Assembly: GCF_021028975.2 (NCBI RefSeq)
Contig: NC_059427.1
Location: forward strand, 80,042,001-80,106,000
Direction of reading: 5' to 3'
DNA: 64,000 nucleotides
Source: Sphaerodactylus townsendi
Lineage: Eukaryota
A program made the translations under genes and the position numbers. Below are positions 1-14,070 of the stretch, one piece after another. Every line of letters begins with the position of its first letter. The stretch's first letter is position 1. A model generated the notes under the pieces. That model was given only the letters and a program-made list of their open reading frames with translations. It was not told where the DNA came from and made no database searches.

Positions 1-923
1 CTAATTGAAAGCCGAGTTAGCAAGATCATTAGAGCAGATCAAAATGTAATGTAGAACAACTTTTTTATGAATAGATGTAAAAATTGAGAAGCGCATCACA
101 AAAGACATGGAGCTGCTACTGCTCCATGAGACCTTTTTCCTTTCTGGTAACACAGCATGATGTCATCACACTATTTTCTCAGCTTCACCATCATCAACAA
201 ATTATGTTGAGACAGGGGTAAGGAAACACACAATGTAATAAAATCCCATCCTAATAACTGGAAGAAGAAGTGAGGCAAAAGAAACACAAAACTAGTAACA
301 GAACCTTGTCTTTTATAAGATCTAACTCTGTCTTAAAATATAGCCATGCTCAGATTATCACAGTTTTGGAACATCATTTTCGTTTCCTTGATATACGGTT
401 CCCTACAAGTCACATGGTGAATTCAGATGGTGTCAGAGCTAATGATAATTCTGTTATATTTATAAATATACATGAAAATGAAAATATTGGCTAAAGTGGT
501 TAATTTTGCTTGGGTTTTTTTGCTTTCTATAACATAAAGTTATTTTGATTGAATTACTTCCAAATAAAAGCAGAAATATGGCAAAAAAATTAGGAACTAA
601 ATTTATTGTATCTACAAAAATAAGGAAAAATGTGATTAAAAATATAAAGAAAACAGTTCATTAATTCTAGACTGGAATCTCTCATAGCCCCATGCCACAC
701 TAATTTAGTCAGCAAACGGTGCTGATTCTTTGCCCAAAGGACTGAAGGGAATGCATACCATTCTGGGAGCACCAAGGGGCTGAGGCTTGTTCCAAGAATG
801 TCTGGTCAGGTACAACCCTAATCTTTCCCTCTCTTTTGTTTGCCAGCACACCAATCTCTTCATAGGAAAGCATTGCCAGATTTTTGGTACTTAGACCAAA
901 ATTGTTAGCTAACATTTCAATAA

Positions 924-1178
<255 letters not shown>

Positions 1179-2564
1179 TAAAATAGGTAATACTAACCTC
1201 ACAAAGTGAAGCACAAACTTTTTAGAATACGTTTGAGGAAAAGTTCCCACCCTGATGCCTGCTAGCAAATCTAACAGGTGAATTTCCTCCCTTGCAAGTT
1301 AAATTGTCCTCTCTTGTGAATTTCCTCCCTTCATGTGTCTGAATGTGCACATGAAGCAGGGCAGATCTAACTTTTGTTAGCAAAAACGATCTCTGAAAGA
1401 TAAGTGAATCAGTTGAAATAAAGTTCATCTCTAACCATCTCTTGCAAATATATCTGCTCTTGGTGCCTGTGAATGACTACATCACCATCCCACTGGTCAT
1501 ATAGTATGAAAAAAACATACTTTGGGAGGCTGCAGTTTGAAAGGCAGAAATGGTAGGGTAGTGGTATCCATATTCCCACCTGCTGCTTGAAATCTATTTC
1601 AACATATTACTAACCACCCTATGCAGGATTCCCCATGTATGTTTATTTTTGTAGGCGTGCATTTGGAAAGCCATAGGTATGGAAATGATCTGGGTCAGAT
1701 CTCTTTGGAGAAGAGAATTGGTGGGTAAAAAAGGGACTAAGCACCCTCTTCCTAGCAACTTCTCTGTTCCATGTGATTCTTGAGACAGCCTTTCTCCTTT
1801 CTTTTTTTTAAAAGGCCATTGGGATCTCTTTACACAAATAGCAGGATTGCCAGCTTCTGGGAGACTTTGCAGAATGGGGCATGGGGGAATAAAGATATTG
1901 TGCATGCCTTTACTATGGTAAAATGACAAAGATCAACAAAATCCCAGTGCACTGCTGATATCATTTCTGAATTTTAGCCAGAAGTGACAGTAGCAGGGCC
2001 ATGACATCTCCCCACCCCTACGTTGCCATAACAAGTTAGGTGGCAAACCTGCACAAAAATGAGACCTTTTAGTGAGTACGGTTTAAATCATAACTGTGAT
2101 TATGCGTTAAGGATGCATGCCCAATGAGGCTGAAACCAAGCCTGGCCCACTCCTAGCCAGGACACCATCTGCAAATAACATATGCGCTGCTCTTGAGTTT
2201 CCTGGGGAAGACAAGATATAAACAGAATGCAGTTTTCTTTTCTTTTAAATGGATGGTTCTTATAAACAAGGAGCAGACAGTTGGGGTCCAGGAATGTACC
2301 CGTCAGTGTACCCCAAACAGCTAAGGACAGATGGGTTTATGTAGGAAGATGCATTAATTGTAGATGTGAGACTAAAACTTCCCATCAGATCTCTGCTTTC
2401 ATTTCATTGTTACCCATCTAAAGAAATATCTGGTCTATGAATGTCATGAAAGTCAACACAGTGATTGAAAATTATGGCTGTGTTGTCAGTTTCTACTGGA
2501 GAGTGACACATCTTCACCAAGTCAGTTGGACATGCTGGACTGGTTAGGGTGTGTGTTTTTTTAA

Positions 2565-2801
<237 letters not shown>

Positions 2802-5800
2802 TAGAGCACAGCTGAAATGGATGCATCCAGGACACAAGTTTAAAGCCAATCTGATCAAAACTTGAGGTTGGCAGCCATTATATATTTGAAAGGGAGATGC
2901 ACATATCAGACGATGCTATTGGATAGTGCCTGGGAACAACACCAAAATCCCAGCTCCCTGGCACATGTTCTCAGCAAAAGCCTTTGTGTTCCCATGAGAC
3001 TCCCTTTGAGTCTTATGATGCTCATTACGTGGCACAGAGGGGATACTTTAGAAAGCTGCCCAGTGTATAAAGAATAAAACTGCCATTACTGAATAAAGGC
3101 AGATTAAGGAGGGAGCTGAGGTGTTCAAAGTACAAGCCGATCCAGCTGTCCTTGTGACATTCAGCTTGTTCTCCACGTATGGCAAAATGTGTTGACTGCC
3201 AATTCAAAAGCTTGTATCTACAAATGAAGTTCGCTCAGCTACAATGACCACCTTGCTTCACATGCTGCTGTTTTCATTCATGCTCCACGCTGCTTTATTG
3301 GTAGGGTTGGGAGGCCGGGATGATCTCAGGATGGCATCATTCAGGAAGCTAATTACACACAACACAGCCTTGCAAGTAGATGTGGCTTATATTACCTTGC
3401 CAGTCAAGTGTCCTGTTAGCTCCTTGACCATTCCAGCAATGATTTATGCTCTTTGCCCATTACTGACAGCAGCCTGAGCAAAATGAATTGGGTTGGTCTA
3501 TTTTCCCCATTCTACTTCAACTCAGACTTTGCTTGCGATGGAGCAAGGAACAAAGAGAGATGGAGGCTGAAATCCTATGCCCGTTTTTACTTAACCCTGT
3601 CGAATTCTGTAGCAGCAAAGGCAGGGAAGACAGGCTTTAGAGAAGAAGTAAATGATCCACAGTACAGATCTAGTCTCAGTAAAAGCTGCTTAACCAAGTG
3701 ATCAAATATTAAATCTGATCCATGCAACTCAGTCCACTGGTGAATGCATGAAAAGGAATGAGTTAATTCACAGTTGAATTTTTTCAGAAGGAGGAAGCAG
3801 TTAATTTTGTGTGGAGGAACAATATGAGGGCTTTGATATCTCTGTGCCATTGGCAAAGCACAATCACTTAGGAAGCCATCGCTTCAAGAAAATGTTAGGC
3901 AACACAAAGATGTTGGATTAGAAGCAAACGGGGGGGAGCACAATGTTGCTGATTATTTTCAGCTTGCTTGAGGGTTGCAGCCTCAGCTGCCTCACTTGGG
4001 AGGTTAGAGAGCAGCAGCAGCATCTGAAATAATCCCAGCAGATGCTCTTTAACTGCCAAGGTGGCTGCAAAAAAGACATCCATGTAAGTTTGTGGGAGAG
4101 GAAAAGGCCACTTATCTCTGCTTCCTCACCCTTTTCTCTGTCTCAGTTGGCCACCCTATTATTTATTAAATTAATAATACCTCCACATTTCATGTTAACT
4201 ATACCAGTGAATCTAATAGAACAGCTGTCGTTTCTACTCAACCTGTGGTTGGAACCTATGAGAACATTCCAAGTATAGCTACTGATATGCTGACAGTCCA
4301 GCACTAAGCAGAGTTGTACCCTTCTAAGTCCACTGACTTTGACATGGAAGGATCAAGGTGTCACTCCATCTCATTACTAGTACATTGGTAGCAACACATA
4401 TGAAGCTCTTATTTAATTGGCTTTGACTCTTTCTGGCGGGAAAGTAGGTAATAAAGTAAGAGACAAATATTCAAATTACTGGACTAGTCCCTTCTGGGGA
4501 AAAATAGGCAAACTACTTTGAACCACTGAGAATTCTTTTTCTGAGAACTCTTCTTCTGAGCCCCCTAAAGGTTTGGTAAGTGCTAGGCAAGATAAAATAA
4601 AGCAAGAAATACTGTGTGGATTGAATCTGAAAGCTTATTTTGAATACTACAGAGATACATGATTTGAAACAGGTCGTTTTAATGCTCATTTCAGTAATCT
4701 TAAAACAGTTAACTATCATTCCCTCTCTCCAGGGTACCTTGTTCTTTAAGGAGGGAAGAGCCTAGGATCTCCACCAGAATTCTCGGCACTTTTGCCAAAC
4801 TCCATATTCCAGGATCCTTTGGTAGTACCAATGATAGTTAAATTGATCCAAACATGCTCTTTGCAGCTGCTGAAGTTCACTGCCTAATTACATTTGAACT
4901 TCCTCTTTAGTCTGTGTGAAAACTAAGACAATAGATGAAGCCTCCTATTTGTGTTTATATTTATTGCTAGGGATCAGTAGTTTGGGAGAAGGCTTGAAGG
5001 AGTCCGAGCCCTTGTTTACGTCAGGATTCTGCTGTCTCTGTTTCCACCACAGCTCTTGTTCTGTCACAGCTATGGTTCTGGGATATTTTTATGTTAATGT
5101 ACAGCAGGCAACAGAACAACCAAACTGAAAAGGGAACATATTTGCTCTATTGAGCATGAAAGCACTAATGGTTTCTCCCACTTCAGGGAAACATCTCCTT
5201 TGCTTCTTCTTGAGTGGCTTCCCTTCTGGGCAGATCATGTTCTCACTGAATGTCTGCATGGACCCAGATGTGGGTGACTTACATAGGGTGCAAGCCCATA
5301 TATTTTGCTTACGTTACCGCTGAGATTCTCAGAGCTGGGTAGTGTGGAAGTTCTGACCCTTTGCCAGGTCCTGACACTGAAACATCCATCAAGGGCAAGT
5401 CATGGAATCACATCCTCTGGCCTTTTTATCACTGAGAAAAGTCTCAGGGACAGAAGGGAAAACAAGCAGAGAACCCAAGGAACTTGGTATTACAACTGAC
5501 TGCAGTAAAATCTCTATTGGCAAGACTGAAGTATCTGACACAGCTTCTTCAAAATCAGTCAAGGGATCTAGCAAGACATCCCTCTGACCGTCTTTCATCC
5601 CTCCATTCTTTGTTCAAAGTGTCCTGCACTTGCCAAAACCCTTTCACCTTCCAAGCAGGTGGCTGCACCCTCCGCACTCTCTATTAGTTATTAATTATTA
5701 ATCGTTTCCAAGATCTGCGGGGCATCAGTTTTCTTTAAAAGTGGGAATGCTCCCATAATAAATCTTTGCAAGAAGAATTGTCCAGTTCTGCAGCACTGAG

Positions 5801-6510
5801 CTTTTGCTCTTAGGTGTTTGTGAAGTCACCTGATCTGCCTCTATTAAAGGCTAAAATGCAGATTTCTACTTCTCATTCATATACTTCAAGCTTCACTTTG
5901 CTGCCACCTGCTGGCAACAGCAAGTTAAAAATGGGAAGTAGGGTAATGCGTTTTTGGAAAGCATCTCTGATAAGAACAAATTCTTCCTGAGGTTAAAAGG
6001 GCCATTTCAAATTCCATTTCTTAAGTCACTCCTTCACTTTTAACTTGATGGCAATTTTCAATACTTCATCCACCATATAAATTAAAACAGCAAAAGCCTC
6101 TTATTAGTCTGATGACCCACATTTTCCTGTGTCACCATAATCTAAATCTGCCTATTAAACAAATTGGAATCTCATTTTATAATGTAGTGCCAAAACTGTA
6201 GAAATAATAGTTCTATGAACTTTTCACTTGCTTTTATCTTGGTGCTAATTCAGGACAAATATTATGCATGCATGGAAATCCCACAGGGGGAACAGCACAC
6301 AGATCTGTCAAAATACTTGAAAGCCTCCACCAGCCACACACAGTAAGGAGCATTACCTATTGCCAAGAGCAGCTGTTCTTAGCCGAGCTTTGTTGTGATC
6401 TCTTACCGTATTCACTTCTCATATGCCAGCTGCTGCTTTACATCCATGAGAAGAAGAATGAGGAAAGAGGAAAGGGAGACATTCTTAGGTGCTGACATTT
6501 CCCCCCTTGG

Positions 6511-6713
6511 TAAGGTTGTCACAATCCAGGTGGAGCCCAGAGATCTTCTGGAATTATTACTGACCTCCAGACTACAGAGTTCACCTGTGGTCTGTATGGC
6601 ATTATACCCTGCTGAGGTCCCTCCCCTCTCCAAACTCTGCCATCCCCAAAATTTACCCCCCCCCAAAAAAAAAAAATCTGCAGGTAATTCACAACTCAGA
6701 GTTGGTGACCCTA
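6511..6713. mobile_element. Short non-autonomous element with AGGGTTGCCA-like inverted ends (degenerate)
   Basis: Begins taaggttgtca and ends ttggtgacccta. Internal sequence resembles the copy at 16813-17035. Confidence 0.5.
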
Positions 6714-8648
6714 TGCCAATAAGACTTGTTTTTACATACACCTGGAGGATGAATGCCAGCATGGTTCAACAGCAGGCACCTGTTTCTAGAATAGCTGCCC
6801 CCCTGTCTATGCTGTATGGCAAACAGCTTTTGAAACAGAGGAGAATTCCCAACATCGTTTGTGATATGGTATGCACAGATCAAAGAAAACAAGTCAGAAA
6901 TCCTGCTGGCCCTGATTATGCCTTGGGCATTCTACGAAGACTGTTGTCATCCTAGCCTCGATAGATTGAAAAGTACAATAGATATTTAGATGCCCTGATG
7001 TCACATTCTTCTAGTGGGAAATAGCATAGAAAGAAACATATTGAAGGGGTAGCTGAAGAAGAGATCCCACCATCTGAGTGCTGATTGGAGGCAGAGGCAA
7101 TTGGACCCGAAGCAAAATTGGTGTGGCTTTGCAGATCTATCCCTGATATTGAATCTAAAAGGTTTGGTTGGTAAGTCATATGCCTTCTCCTAACTCCAGA
7201 TCAAGCAGTGCTTTATCCCATATTGTTTTGTTCAGGTTTCCCCAAGTGCTTTCAACAACATCCATATTTCTGGCTATGACCTTGTGACAGTGTAATTCAT
7301 CCATACCATGCAATATGAAAAGTGGGCCATTCTTAAAAGATACTCTCCAAACAAAGTTTTAAGGAAGCTGCTGCATGTACAAAAGGGTTTACTAAATTAT
7401 TCTAAATCAAAGCCCAAAGTGGGAAGGGTGAGTTAATGGGTGGAATCTGTCAGAACTAGGAACATTTTTTTCTTCAATGCACTGCTGAAATTTAATTTGG
7501 AAATGTGACACTTTAAACGTGACCATGTTCTAATTCAAAAGACCCAGAATATTTATATCTAGAGCAGCAACTATTCGAATTGCCAAGTGATCTTTGCATT
7601 TAGAGCAGTGGAAGCTAACGGGGTCCCCTTGGGTGCCATGGCACTTGTCAATGTCTTTGCTGGTGACCGCTTGCTTTCTCTTCGAAGCATCTCTTCCCCC
7701 AAAGCAAAGAGCCAATCCTAGCTTTCACCCAAACTGAGGTGCTTCTGAAGAACATTACCCTTGTGTCTGCAGGAAGCACCTATTTGGAAACCGCTGTTTC
7801 CTTTATAGGAGAATCCTTAACTTAAAAACTCTTAACAGTTTGTGACACTTCCCAGTGTTTTGTGATTAGACCTAGTCCCCATGTCAGGCATCTTGTGATT
7901 GGTGCTATCATAGCTATTTTGAGATTGTAGCCACTACCTGCAGGAGCTGTCTTAGCCAATGGACAGCGGGGACAGCTGCCCTGAGCTCTGCCTTGGGGGT
8001 GGGGCTGACCACCCGTAGCCCCAACTGTGGGGGGGGGGGAAGCAGACTCCCACTGCCACCACTCTCAACTACTCTGTCTAGGGCTGGGGACATTTAGTTG
8101 CAGCAACAGCCAGTCATTTCTGCCCTGTCTGGGGCTGAGGTAGCTGGCTCAACAGCAGCTGCTTGTGTCCACTGAATTCAAGGCTCAGGCAGTTGGCTCC
8201 TGTCACCAGCTCACACCCACCTCACACAGGGCAAGAGTCATTCCTTGCTTGGCCCTGGCAGGGGAAAAGGGTAGAGGACCCAGGTGGGAGGTGGCAGTAA
8301 TTATGGGGCCCTATTCTAGACTTTTGGCCATAGCCTCAGTATCACTAAGACCTTTCCTGATAACTTGTTCTCAAAATCCTTGGATTCCTCTGTGCATGCA
8401 GACTCAGTGAGGCTGGAGACTTCTGATTCAGAGCACTGTAGAAACTAGATCAGGTTTTTTTTAAAAAAAAAAAGCCTTTTATTGTATCTTAAACAAAAAA
8501 AGTTAACACAAACAAAAAGGTTAAAACAAACATTTGAATGACATGGACATAGAGCAAATAAGTGAAACTAAATCAGTTTTTGAAGTAGGAGCCAATGATA
8601 AACTTGGTTTCTCTTACTGGCTCTGTATTTTAACCCAGATTACTATTA

Positions 8649-9853
8649 GGTCGATTCCACACGGTCCAAATATCCCAGGTTGAGCAAGGGAAATATCCTG
8701 GTTTGGCCAAGTAGTTTGCACTGTTCCCGGTCCTAAAGCAGGTTTGTCCCGTGATATTTCCCTCATCCCAGGTGTTTCAAAAACCGCTAAAATCGTAATC
8801 TTTTCCCAGAATCTTGCATTGAATCCACTTCCCTGGGAACACCATGGGAGCAAAAACGATTTATTTTCCCCACTCCGGCATCTGATCTCCCCGCCTTACA
8901 ACATGTCAGTTTCATTTCTGCTGAATTGCAGCCTGCCCTTCCCAAAATGTTCACCAAGCAAGTTTTCCAGGAGCCAGGCAAGTGAGCCCATGCGGGAAAG
9001 CACTAGTGCTCGCCTCATTCCTGCTTCCTCTTGCCAAGGGCCGCTCGCTAGCCAAGGCACAGCCTGGGCAGCCCAGTACTGCAGCTCCAGGCTCAGGTTC
9101 CCAGTGGGATCCTGAAAGGGGCCGGGAAGCTCTTCTGGGACCCAGATATGCGTGCCTCTGTGGGAAAGCATGAATGCTCGCCCTGTCCCCACTTGCTCTC
9201 ACCAAGCGCTGCTTGCTAGCTGAGCCACAGCATGGAGAGGCCAGCCCCACAGCTCCGGGCTCACATTCCCAATGGGGTCCTGGGGGAGGAGGGGCAGGGA
9301 AGTGCCTGCCTGGCAGGATGCTCTCACCCCCTGACAGCCCCAAAGACCAGTCAAATTTTATTTGGCATATCAGGGGAACGGGGTGAGTGTGTTGTGCTGT
9401 TTTTTCTTGCACAACTTTAAATGTGGATGGGACATAGTTCTCTGCCCAGTATTGGTCAAAAGTGTATAGCACAATGTGCTTGCTGTGTTGCTCATTGCAC
9501 CGGCTCCGTTCCAAAGCTAGAGAAAAGGTGTGGGGGAGGTGTCCTGCTTAGTTTTTCTGCAGTTGCTGTGGATACACCAATCAGAAGTGTTGCCTTTGGG
9601 AGGGGAAGATCCAATCAGAATGCAGCACATCAGGAATGTTCGAGCATGCATGCTGCATCTGCATTGTAAGAACATTGTAAAAACAAAAAAAAGCCAGGCT
9701 CATGCGAATGAAATTGGAGTATTTCCTCCCAGTCTTAACTTGATTCCTTTACAGAAACAGGCACCCATGTGAAGGGAGAAACCGGAATAAAATAGACCTG
9801 GATTTTTAAATACCAAATGTAACTCAGTATTATTATGTTGTGCGGAATCGACC
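8649..9853. mobile_element. PIF/Harbinger-type non-autonomous DNA transposon (1.2 kb)
   Basis: TIRs GGTCGATTCCACAC (8649) / GTGCGGAATCGACC (ends 9853), 13/14 match. TTA on both sides (8646-8648, 9854-9856) is the typical Harbinger TSD. Confidence 0.8.
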
Positions 9854-11009
9854 TTAGTCACTCCAGCCATGAAATAGAGAGAACACCTAACTTTGAAGGC
9901 CCCTTTTGGGTTCTTCGAATGGGAAAAATACAGAAAAACAGAGCATTCTGTATGATTCATTGTATTATTGCAATGAATAATCTCAGTTATCCTATTTTAT
10001 TATTCATCAGTGCCAGGAAGAAGAGGAAGAATATTCAATATATTGTCTCCGTTTATACATGCAGCATAGGTATTCCCACTGGTAACTCCTGATCTCTAAT
10101 TATTTTTCATTTTTAAACTGTCAGAATAAATTAAACAAATTAATCAGCTACTTCTCTCCGTGTAGAGCAAATAAACACATTTTAAATCCCTGCTATTCTC
10201 TGCTAGCTTCTACCCATCTAAGGATATGATTGCACGGCAGGTCAAGTCACTGGCAATCAAACTCTGGGGGCACAACTATGCAACCAATCTGTATTAATTG
10301 TATACCAATTTAGTGGTAGGATTGCCTGCAAAGAATCCTGAGATTCTGAAGATGCCGAGAATTCTTAGCACATACAGTTGCTACAATACATACACGGATC
10401 TGATTCCCTGGAGAGTGAAAAGGAATAGCTCTTAAACCAGTCTAAATCTGTGAAGTAGGAATGCTTCCCTATACTTCTTAAAACCTGTTTAACAGATGGA
10501 GACAGGAAATACAGAGTGGAGGGGCAGCCAAAAAGAACAGCAAAGAACAGAGAAAATTCATCATGAATACAGTTGAGTCATGATGCATGCAGGTATCTTT
10601 TAATGGATGTGCCTTTATGCTAAAAGTCCATGTAACTCCATAGAAATTTTCATTGAATGAGTTTTACTATAAGAGTTACATGGAGCCCACTCCTTCTGGG
10701 CAAGCCAGTGATAAAGAAGGTTTGGATGGGGAGGAGGGGCAGAAGCAAAACAGGGGATTTATGTTTTTGACAGAAAACAAATAATGCTTCCAGAAGGAAA
10801 GATAGACCAATCTTTCTGGTCATAAATAGATCCCCTGCTTTGCATCTGCACATTCCACTGCACCCATCTATAAGGCTGATCTCCCCAAGAAAGGGTTGTC
10901 CTCCTTGAGCAAAGCATCATGGGAGATACATGTCCCCTAGCTGCATTGGGAGTCATGACAGGAGAGCCTTATAGCAAGGGTGCACTGTCTATATCTTATT
11001 TTTAAGTAG

Positions 11010-11033
11010 AGCCCTATGTTCAATATATTTCAG
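11010..11033 (+). CDS. GLRA1: Alternative 24-nt 5' extension of the GLRA1 last exon (alpha1-ins, SPMFNIFQ)
   Basis: TAG acceptor at 11007-11009, then agc cct atg ttc aat ata ttt cag = SPMFNIFQ. Homologous to the mammalian alpha1-ins octapeptide SPMLNLFQ, whose final CAG is the second acceptor. Confidence 0.88.
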
Positions 11034-11324
11034 GAGGATGACACTGGAGAAGGCAGGTTCAACTTCTCCGCCTACGGGATGGGGCCTGCCTGTCTACAAG
11101 CCAAAGATGGCATCTCAGTGAAAGGAGCAAACAACAACAACACGGCAAACCCAGCTCCGCCTCCATCAAAGTCTGCCGACGAAATGCGCAAGCTTTTTGT
11201 CCAGCGAGCCAAGAAGATAGATAAGGTCTCTCGTATCGCCTTCCCCATGGCTTTCCTCATCTTCAACATTTTCTACTGGATTATCTACAAGATTGTCCGA
11301 AGGGAAGATGTACACAAGCCGTGA
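11034..11324 (+). CDS. GLRA1: Glycine receptor alpha-1, last coding exon (TM3-4 loop, TM4, stop)
   Basis: [26 protein letters not shown]...[49 protein letters not shown] at 11322-11324. The [19 protein letters not shown] motif is alpha-1-type. Confidence 0.97.
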   Translation, partial: EDDTGEGRFNFSAYGMGPACLQAKDGISVKGANNNNTANPAPPPSKSADEMRKLFVQRAKKIDKVSRIAFPMAFLIFNIFYWIIYKIVRREDVHKP

Positions 11325-13386
11325 GGGGGTCTGTATGCGGAAGCTGAGGAAGGATGGATGGTTGGGAAGGCAAGCAAAACGGTTCCTCTAATACACACCA
11401 TGTGCAATAGCAATGCAGTGATGCATGAATTTAAGAATGTGGCAATATCTATTTTAAAAAGTGGGGCGACTTTTAAAAAAATATGAACTGAAGAATACTA
11501 TAGGGGTGGGTGGGCTATGGGATGAAAGCTTTCAAAACTTGAGATGGGGGAAATTATGAGAGGGGCAAATTGTTTTACAGCATAAGGAAGTTTAGGATTG
11601 CTTCAGCAGCAGTCCAGGCAGTGTAATATATTAAATATATATTCATGCTTAATTATAATGCAAAAAGAAATCCTTTTTTAGCCTATTAACAGCTTAGATT
11701 CTAAAGCCAATGGAATGATTCATGATTCCATGTGCAAAGAGGACTGCAATTATGCTTAAACCAGACTCTTGCTCTATAAGGTCATACCAGTTTCTAAGCA
11801 AGCACGCTTTAAAAAAATACAAGCAAAAGAGAAAGTCATATAACTGTATACTTCCCTGTGTTGTTCGCATATGGTTTGAAGATGGAATAATTTAGACTGG
11901 GAGGGGGGATTTTGGATGGGAAAGGCTCAGGGTTTGCAAGGGTTGAAGGAGGGATAGCTCCATATTAGAAAGCAATCATTTTATGACCCCCAACATTTGC
12001 TTAAGAGTCCACTATCCATTTCAGAGTTGAGCACAGTGAAATTTTAAAATCCCCCAATAACATTAATGTGGAATTAAAGTTTGGTACAGCCAGCAACTTT
12101 CAAAATTAATGTGAGATATTCCTGTTGATCTCAAGGATATAGTGGCTGTGCCTTCTGTATTCAGTACACATTGTAGAAGCTACGGCTTGCTAATAAGGGT
12201 ACTCACGTGTGTTGACCTCAATGGGATTCCCCTGGTGTGATCACGCAGTGACGAAATGCAATATTTTTAAAACATCATTTATCTTAAAATGATTGCTGTA
12301 TTTCTTTAAGAAAAAAGCTAACAATGAATAGGCAAACAGCTGCTGCGAGACTTTGAAACAAAACCCACACAAGTCAGGCATGTCACTTCTGCTCTTTAGA
12401 GGGGAGAAATGTAAAAAAGCCTGCATATAAGGGATGTGTGTGTTTAACCAGAAACAACAGAAACATAAATCAAATTTGTAAATCTGGGTTGGGAATGGGA
12501 CAGAATAGTATATATGCAGAGAAGATAACTGTTATTTTCTAACATTTCATAGCATTACGTATATTCAAAAGGAATTGCTAGTCCAACTGTATTTTTGTAA
12601 CTCTTTGGTGCTGCATCTAGCTCTCATTTCTAACAAGATAGTGTTTTTGGAGGTCCTCTGCACTTTGGCATCTGTGGATATCTTCTCCCTTACCTGGGTC
12701 CCATTGATGCTGTGTTGCAGAGAAAGAGAAATAATTTATCAGGGTTTACATGAACTGCAGCTGAGAGCAGCTCCACAGAGGAAGGTGGAACTTAAATGGG
12801 AAAACTTTTTATGGCAATGGAATGTTTAGCGAGTATTTAGGGTGGGGATTTGGGTGACAGAAGAAGAAGGGAACCTGTGCATATACCTGTATGTAGTTGG
12901 TGCAGGACTCCCAAGACTTTTGGTGCAATTGTCAAGGCACTACATTGCTGCTTTTTAGTTAAATTTTTGGCTCTTTAGAAAGATAAGATTAAGACATTCA
13001 AAGAGTGGAAAGACAATCGGTTCTCACTGAAATGTTTCCCCACGATGTCTGGATTGGTGGATAATTGTAGCCCAAATTAGGGCAGCTCCCCATATTAAAA
13101 CTTCTATAGGGAACACTAGGCTTTCTTCTTGACTCTGGCACTTCTTGAAGCCAACATGTAGTACAGAAACCAGTTTTAGAGGCACATTTCAAGGATTCAA
13201 CTCTGCCACTCAGAATTTGAGTCCAGATTTCTCAAGTATGTTTGGTTCACTTCAGCCAAATGAACAACAAATCAGTTTCACATTTCAAGAGTAGTAGCAG
13301 TCCGTGTTTTTTAAAAAATCAATTCAAAACTAGATTCCCTAATTCTTTGTCCATCTATCTGGTGGGTTCAAAAATCAAGTATCCTT

Positions 13387-14070
13387 GGCCGAATCCCAAC
13401 TGAAAATTAAATACAGATACAGCCAGGTTTCAAAAGAAACAGCACCTTTCCATTGAGGTTTCACCCTCCCCACCGCAGTGTGTGTGTGATAAGGACATCC
13501 ACCTCAATCACGCTTTCAAACAGTGCAGCAATCCCCACTACCACGCTATCAAACACGCGATATGCTCAGTGGCTCTTCCTTCCTCGTCCTGATTGGTTGT
13601 CGTGCCGTGTTGGGGCAGGAACTTGCTAAGGTTGAAGCGAGTATGGTTCTTTTGTGCATACATTTAAGCGAGTAATGTTCTTTCGTGCACACGTTTAGGC
13701 AAGTAATGTTCTCTCATGCACATGTTACAAGGATAGACTCAGCCAGCGCAAAACAAACAAAAAAAGCATGAAACAAGCATTGCGCACAACACGCTACACT
13801 CTGATTGGCTGGAAAGCATTTGCGTCACTCTCTACGGAGGGAAATTTGAAACCACATTAGACCCCCGAACCTACCCACCGATCTGGATTGGTGACGTGTT
13901 TTTTTAAAGGTTCACATTCAAGCAGGTTTGGGAAAAACACAGAGTAAGGGGGGGGGGAGCGCCAGAACCATGATGAATCTGTGTTTGGCGGTTCAGCTGT
14001 GGGGAGTTCTTCATGAAACCTAGATATTTCAGGTGAGTATCCCAGGATTAATTGGCAGTGGGGATTCAGC
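13387..14070. mobile_element. PIF/Harbinger-type MITE
   Basis: TIRs GGCCGAATCCCAACTG / CAGTGGGATTCAGCC, with 3-bp CTT on both sides. Interior is relatively CpG-rich. Confidence 0.7.
13633..13725. repeat. 31-bp minisatellite x3 inside the MITE
   Basis: tgaagcgagtatggttcttttgtgcatacat / ttaagcgagtaatgttctttcgtgcacacgt / ttaggcaagtaatgttctctcatgcacatgt. Confidence 0.85.

Noticed and set aside
6395-9514. Long ORFs 6395-6955 (186 aa) and 8951-9514 (187 aa)
   Set aside because: They overlap MITEs inside a GLRA1 intron and show no recognisable domain or splice context.
13633-13725. CRISPR-like array (31-bp repeats)
   Set aside because: Head-to-tail minisatellite without spacers, in a vertebrate genome.
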